Of a stretch of DNA of 64,000 nucleotides, positions 57,934 through 64,000 are shown piece after piece; within the stretch, counting starts at the first letter, position 1, and each line of letters begins with the position of its first letter. The DNA is from Oikopleura dioica (lineage: Eukaryota > Animalia > Chordata): NCBI GenBank assembly GCA_907165135.1, contig OU015570.1, positions 2,749,929 to 2,813,928 of the forward strand, in the 5' to 3' direction. A model generated the notes under the pieces. The model was not told the DNA's origin, made no database searches, and saw nothing but the letters and a program-made list of their open reading frames with translations. A program made the translations under genes and the position numbers.

Positions 57934-60900
57934 TTATTCCGGACTTATATGATTTTCCAGGCGCCGCTGCCATGACAGAAAAAATATTGTGATTGCAACG
58001 ATCAGTCTCGCTGTTCTGACGCCGGCATCGATGATTTTGCATTTGATTGATTTCCTTATTCTCTCTTCTATTAACATCGGCTTGAGTTCGCTAAAGTTTT
58101 GGAAAAACCTCTTCTTTTTCCAATTTTTCCGATTCTGCGTTCTTTGTTTGAACAAGCTTTCGATGGCGGAGTGCAGTTATCAGAACTTTTTTTTTCTCTT
58201 CCTTATCAAGCCCTGCCAACCAAGTTTGAGATTTATTTTTTTTAACCTTAAGGAATACAGTATATATTTTGAATATTAATTTTACCATTGACTTTAATTT
58301 AAGATGCGTATTTGTTGTTCTGAAGTCGCCCATTTCATTTTGTTTGTAGGTGGAGAAGAAGCCTTCTATATTATGAGTCAAAAATTTGATTCGAAAATAT
58401 TTGTCATTATATTCATTTTTGACCAAACTACATGCTGATTAGTTGGTTGATCGGGTGATTTTCTTCGAGGTTAAGGGATTCTACCTCCATTTCTTCGATT
58501 TCAAATTTCGTGAAAATATCAATAAGTCCATTATGCACTAAAGAAACTAAATAAAGAGATATTTTCGAGAAGGTCTTACAGTCAGCATCGATACTCGCGA
58601 TTTCTTTATTCGTTAGTTGCTCAACAAGGTTTTCCAAGATCGCTAAAGCCCTGGCGTTGCTCCCAATCTCTTCCATCAGCTCATTATCTTCATTTTTATT
58701 GGATGCAGCAGCTTCCTGTGCAAGAGCCAAAAGGCGACTAAAAGACCCCTTGATATATTATTTCTTCGAGAAAAAATTAAAAAAGAGAACCTGTAACAGC
58801 TTGCTGGATTCGTTGGTATGGGAAACCCATCTTCATGTTGTCTTGATTGCACAAATTCCAGTTTTTCACGCATATTACTTTTTTAAAGTCAGAAAAATAA
58901 TAATTTTTGATCACATAATCTCTAGATTAAGATTCGCGAAGAGACTATTCCTGTATGCTTTTTTTAAGCATCCATAATTCATCTCTCGTTTACGAACCGA
59001 GTTCCAAAAAGGACTGTATAGGTTGACATTTTGAAAATTGGGTTAAGTTTATGAATGTTCTGGCAATCAAAATTATTCATCACCGCGAAATTCATACAAA
59101 AAATCAACCTGATTCTTGTAATTGCCTCCCACAGAAGAAATGAGCCCTTTTGAAGGCTCATTGGATAATAAGCGCTTTGAAAAACTTTGAATAACCATTC
59201 ATTATCAAAAATTAGGTTGTAGGTGGTCATGAGGGTACTTTTACCCTCGTTCGCTCTCATTCATGAACGAGGGTACCAGTACCCGCATTCGCCTTTTGTC
59301 TTGAACGAGGGTACCCCAAACCAAAAGAAGTACTTTCAGCTATAATTGTCTTTATATACAAAATGTCGTTTTAGTAGAAAGTAAAGAGGGAGTCCCTTGC
59401 GTTGGAAATGGAGGGAGGACTGATAAAGGAGGTAACTTGGTACCCTCGTTCAGAGAAAATGCGAACGGGGGTACTCGGTACCCTCATTCATAAAAATATG
59501 CGAACAGGGGTACGAATACCCTCATTCAAGAAATAGAGCGAACAAGGGTACGGGTACTCTCATTCATTATGGAAAGCGAACAAGGGTACGGTACCCTCAT
59601 GACCGCATACCACCAAAAATTATAAAGGGGATTCCTCATCTTGAGAGCCTTTACGATGCAGTGACGATAATTTCGTTACGATTTTCAGAAATCATCACCT
59701 TATTAATGTTTTCTGCATATTTTTTCTGTGGCTTAAAAAATATGTATTTTTTCAATTTTTCAGAGTATCGATTTTCTTACATATTTCTTCGTTATTACAT
59801 GAACAAGCTTGTGATGCAGCAAAAAGGCCTTTGTTTTTTGAGAATTCACTTGGAAGCACGCACTATGAAAATAAACGCGGTTGAAAGAAAATATATAACT
59901 ACCCGAGATCCGTAGTAAACAATTCTTGTTTAGTTATTGACGTTTCGTGCTCCTGTTCTAGAACAGCTAAAAAAAGTTTTCAAATATAATTTGACATCAA
60001 CCAAAAATATTAGAAAATTAAATGATGAAAGCAACTCGGGCGCTCATTCTGAATAGAAAAATCACGAGTTTTCTACAAAATTCTCGACATAAAAAGGCCC
60101 GTTATTTTTCTGATTAGTCAGAGCGTCGCCGAGAGATTTCGTTAAGGTGGAATAATTGTCAATCGGATCCACAAGAATGGATTTGTTGCTAATCGGCTAA
60201 CTTACCGATAAGCTGATGCTTGAGATCGTGCTTTAAAAAACAGTGAGAATCAAAATAAAAATAAGTCCTTACCTGCGAATTTCCTGATATTATCCTTCAC
60301 CCAAAGCATGCTTCAGATAAAGGTCGAAAAAAAATCAAAAATTGAAACACAGTCAATTCAAAGAATCAATAGTATTTTTTTTTATTTTTGACCGATCCTT
60401 TGCCCGATTTCAATAAATTTAAGGACTATTTTCTGACTTAAGGGAGTATGGGGCGGTTCCGAAAAATTGGGCATTTTTCAAGAAATTCTCGGTAACAAAT
60501 CATAAAATTTCTTAAAAAATTGATCATAATATTGAAAAATCGAATAAAATCTTCTCGACAACCACCCCCTTAAATACGATACAAAAATAGTTAAGAGCAG
60601 TTAAGCATGGCAACGGTTTTCTGTTTGATCGACGCAAAATTATTTGCCCCTTCACTTTTTAAGTATCATATTTGTATCAGAATTATTTAATTGAAATACG
60701 TGCCTTTGAGTGAGATAAGAAAATCAGCTGCCTCATTCTTCACGTCGTTTTTTCTTATTCCGGCCCAACAATAAGCAGGGTTAAAATAAAGCATTGTCAA
60801 AAAAATATTTTCTATGTTATTAAAAAATTTAACCCCTACTCGATACGTCGCATACTTATCGTTATTAGAAACGGCTATAAACAATTATGTGAATTGAAAA

Positions 60901-62818
60901 TATAGAATTCAAAGATAGGTGCAAAAAATGAAATGAATTTACTAACAATGCATTTGGCATCGCACCAAATAAGGAACAGGCAAACTTTTTTCGCGAAATT
61001 TCAGTTGAATTCGCGAATCCACACGAACTTGAAATTTTGCTGAGTCGCTACCAATAAACTAAAGAAATCGTCTTCCTTACAAAATAAATTCAAATTCTTC
61101 ACCTTGATCTTTTAAAGAAGCTCTTCTGAGTATGAAACTTCCTGAAGCTTTTCCATCACTTTGTCACCAAGAGAATCGCCATCTTTTTGTAATTGTTGAA
61201 AACATGTAAATGTTATCCATTCGTGTTTTTCGTCTGTGAGCATTATGACAACTAAATTATATTGACGGGAATGACAGAGGGCGCCGTGGTCCAATAAAGG
61301 ACAAGGTGTTTTGAGAAGTCAGGAGTTGACATTTTATTTACCGAGTGGAGTATTCCTTTTCTTTAGGTCAAGAAATAAAAGCGTTTACCCTTTCCATTTT
61401 TATCGCTCAAGGTATCGAATCGCCGGTCATTCGATTAAAATCGCTTGGTCTCGCCTACACACTGCTTTCAGTAGCGTTGGAAGCGCCTTACGATAAAACG
61501 TGACATTGATCACAATTTTAAATTCTAATGATAAGTCCATTTACCCGACGTTATCTCGACCTCACCTGTTCGTTGTTGTGGCGTCAACTCCAATTGTTAG
61601 TTTTTTCGCCTTCCGAACAAAATTTTCCAATTGAATCTCCAGAATCAAAACGCAGAGTTCAAATATGACATTAAATTACAAATTTGATTTATCGAAATAC
61701 GAAAGCCATTCTAAAGTTTTTTAGGAGAGACAGTGCGCCTCTTATTAAGAAAGGAAGGTGCCCCGAAAAAAGATGAGCCCTTGTAAGGCCTGTTTTTTCT
61801 CAGTTTTGGAGCTTCACAGTCCTTGTTGAGGAATTTGGATTTTTAATAAATAAAGAGGGCGCCAGCCACTCCCAAACATGATTGCTTGTCGGTGCTAGAA
61901 AACATCAGAAATGACCTTTTCTAAAAATTAATAAATAAAAATGACCATCAAAATACAAAATTAATCTGAACCTTATCGTTGGGAAAGTATCTATCGAAAG
62001 ATTTTTTATAGTCGAATTTGTATATTTAAAATAGAGATCATTATATAAAAAGCCTTTCCTTGATAAATATAAATAGTACGCTGTGCTGGAATATCTATTC
62101 CGGAATTGCAAATTATTCTTTGATAAACCTTTGATTTATAAGAATTTATGAGTTTCATGTCGAGACACTCGTAAAACTGCAGCAAATTTTCTTTTCAATA
62201 AGCAATGAGCTCAAAAAAGCAATCAAAATAAAAATTAAGACAATCAATGAAAAAAATCCCTTAATATTATTTGCAATTCTCATCTAAAGAGCTTTTATCA
62301 AATTTGTCCAAACAATGAAGATAAGCCGGTAAACGATTGAGAAAACGATGAATAACTGCTGGTCTTAATAACACTATTTTAATGAGATAAAAATTGTAAA
62401 AACCTGTCGCCAAACATGATTATCATTTCAGAGAGTCTCAAGTTAAACATTTTGGTTGATTGTCCCATTTTAAAAGTATGACAAAGGGTGATCAAATAAT
62501 CAAAATAAATCTAATCTGAATTTTGATCTCCTTTCGAAGAGTGAGGCTTAGAAAAAAGCAGGAATAAGTGATTCTTACGCAATTTCATTCATTCCTAGCA
62601 TCAAGTTTTCTCGAATACGTCTCAGGTCCAAATTCTTCTTTAGAAAATAGAAAACGGCAAAGATGTTTGTCGTTTGAACCAGAATCGGCAGACGCGCCAC
62701 TTTCAACATTATTTTTCAAAAAATTTTCGAATTTTGTTTTCATTTCCGTCATTTCAGCACAATCGACGATTTCTATGCATGCAATTTTAGCAGGAGGCAC
62801 TTCATCATCGTGATCCAA
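57934..62818 (-). pseudogene. Intron-rich DDE transposase gene (hAT-like/unclassified), degenerate
   Basis: Motifs in expected order: LTIGVDATT (D, about 61590), FIGSDSA (D, about 61045), RCQMH (CxxH, about 60955), LFGTRF (about 59000), THNIEGFFS (E, about 58360), NKSQTWLAGLDKEEKKKVL; 5' limit uncertain. Confidence 0.55.
59215..59614. mobile_element. 400-bp foldback MITE with GG termini and 8-bp TSD
   Basis: TIR GGT(T/G)GTA(G/T)G(T/C)GGTCATGAGGGTAC; exact TSD AAAAATTA (59207-59214, 59615-59622); internal GGGTAC/GTACCC repeats. Confidence 0.8.
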
Positions 62819-63296
62819 ATTGTAAGTTTTCTATAAAACAAATAAAGCGTTAACTCATGAATCCTTATTTAATCATTTAGCAGGCCCGTAAAAGTAAAAT
62901 GAGTGGTCGATCGCAAGACCGGATTCATGATTCTACTGAATCACAGATTGGCAAAGCCTAGGCAAAATTGACCACCCTGTTAATGGAACAAAAAAGAATC
63001 AAACCTGTCGGCTTTTTCTCTTCGCTTGTGTTGATCGTCCAAAATAAAAAATAGTATCGGGTTTTTTTTTGAATCCAGCAGATAACCAGTTTTGCGCTTG
63101 AAATTCCTTGTCTCTATTGGCCAGGCGATGTAAGGGAGAATATCCCTTACAATAGTGTCTGAGTGGAGAGAGCAGTATCCTGTTCTCAGTAACAGAGACT
63201 TACCCGGTGTTTGGTCGCCGGAGGGCGCTAATTGAGTGAAAATGCTAGGCAAGAGTTTCTCTTGCCCGTAGCAAATGCCTGTGATCATTTCTGGTT

Positions 63297-63559
63297 ACTT
63301 CCGGTAACTTCCGGTTCACTTCCGGTGACGTCAGGTGACTTCCGGTTCACTTCCGGTTCACCTCTAAATCATTGCTATAAGTGTACATCCATTCATATAC
63401 CTTACAAGAGCATAACTGAGCTAATGCTCACTTGAAACAGCGCCACCTGGTGCATGCTCTCGCGCCCCACCTAGTGTCAGCTCTCGAGCGCCACCTAGTG
63501 GACAATCAGGAATAGCTCTCTAGTGACCTCTAGTGGTGGCTCAGTTGCGCCACCTATGG
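63297..63559. promoter_or_regulatory. Cluster of 5 ETS-type sites, 1 CRE and several CTCF-consensus motifs
   Basis: ACTTCCGG at 63297, 63307, 63318, 63338, 63349; TGACGTCA 63326; GCGCCACCT(G/A)GTG at about 63440 and 63488, variant near 63547. Confidence 0.5.
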
Positions 63560-63599
63560 TGAGCACAAAACTTGAGATCTCATCCTGATTCATCAGTGA

Positions 63600-64000
63600 C
63601 TGAGGATCGACTTCATTCGATGAAGGTCCTGGAACATTCTGGACACCCTTACTCACTATGACTCACGATTACGAAGGATGACATCATTTGGAGAATCTAC
63701 TCGAATATTCCATCACTGTTCTAAGAAGCTTGAAGATTCATCTATCCCGATCAAGGAGCTTCTCGACTGTTCTTATTTTCCCTTTTCTGTACTATATAAA
63801 GCGTGCACCTTGCTGTTAGCTCATTATTATAATTCAGTAGAATAAAACCGACAAAAACAACTTGACTCTCTTTTATCCAGCAGAAACCAGCAGTACCCGA
63901 AGAAGCGACAGCAAGTGCAGCACCAACAACTAGGACTCATAGAGTACTAGTGGACTAGAGAGACCCCCCAGAGATTCTTCTCCTTTATATTGGTGACTGA
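63600..64000 (+). mobile_element. Probable 5' LTR and PBS of a third related LTR element running off the window
   Basis: Last 10 nt are TGGTGACTGA, the same PBS as elements 1 and 2; TATATAAA (about 63793) and AATAAA (63841) upstream; LTR start not defined. Confidence 0.5.

Noticed and set aside
1-64000. Maverick terminal inverted repeats
   Set aside because: No long inverted match between the left (1-7.4 kb) and right (55-64 kb) flanks was found by eye; a self dot plot is needed

Overview
AT-rich eukaryotic DNA, almost entirely mobile elements; no rRNA, tRNA or CRISPR array seen. Micro-introns of 36-48 nt (one GA-AG) suggest an animal host such as a larvacean tunicate (inference). The backbone (about 7.4-55 kb) is a Maverick/Polinton endogenous virus: protein-primed polB, double-jelly-roll major capsid protein, adenain-like protease, rve integrase, packaging ATPase, a putative penton, a small basic core protein and a RING gene. 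Several of its core genes are split by spliceosomal micro-introns inside catalytic motifs. Its terminal inverted repeats were not found. It carries nested insertions: a pogo-like element holding a Penelope-like element with three minimal hammerhead ribozymes, a TTAA element holding a Ty3/gypsy element, a second Ty3/gypsy element with identical LTRs, an antisense ankyrin gene inside polB, a MITE, and a 5.2 kb tandem duplication of the virion module. The two gypsy elements share a CCCH-finger Gag, an apparent gag-pol readthrough junction, the same PBS and an unknown non-env ORF3. Left of the Maverick lie a tyrosine-recombinase element and a TFIIB-like zinc-ribbon ORF. Right of it lie an intron-rich DDE transposase and the probable start of a third LTR element. 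Many frameshifts sit in homopolymer runs and may be sequencing errors. All protein assignments are by manual motif recognition; no database search was run.
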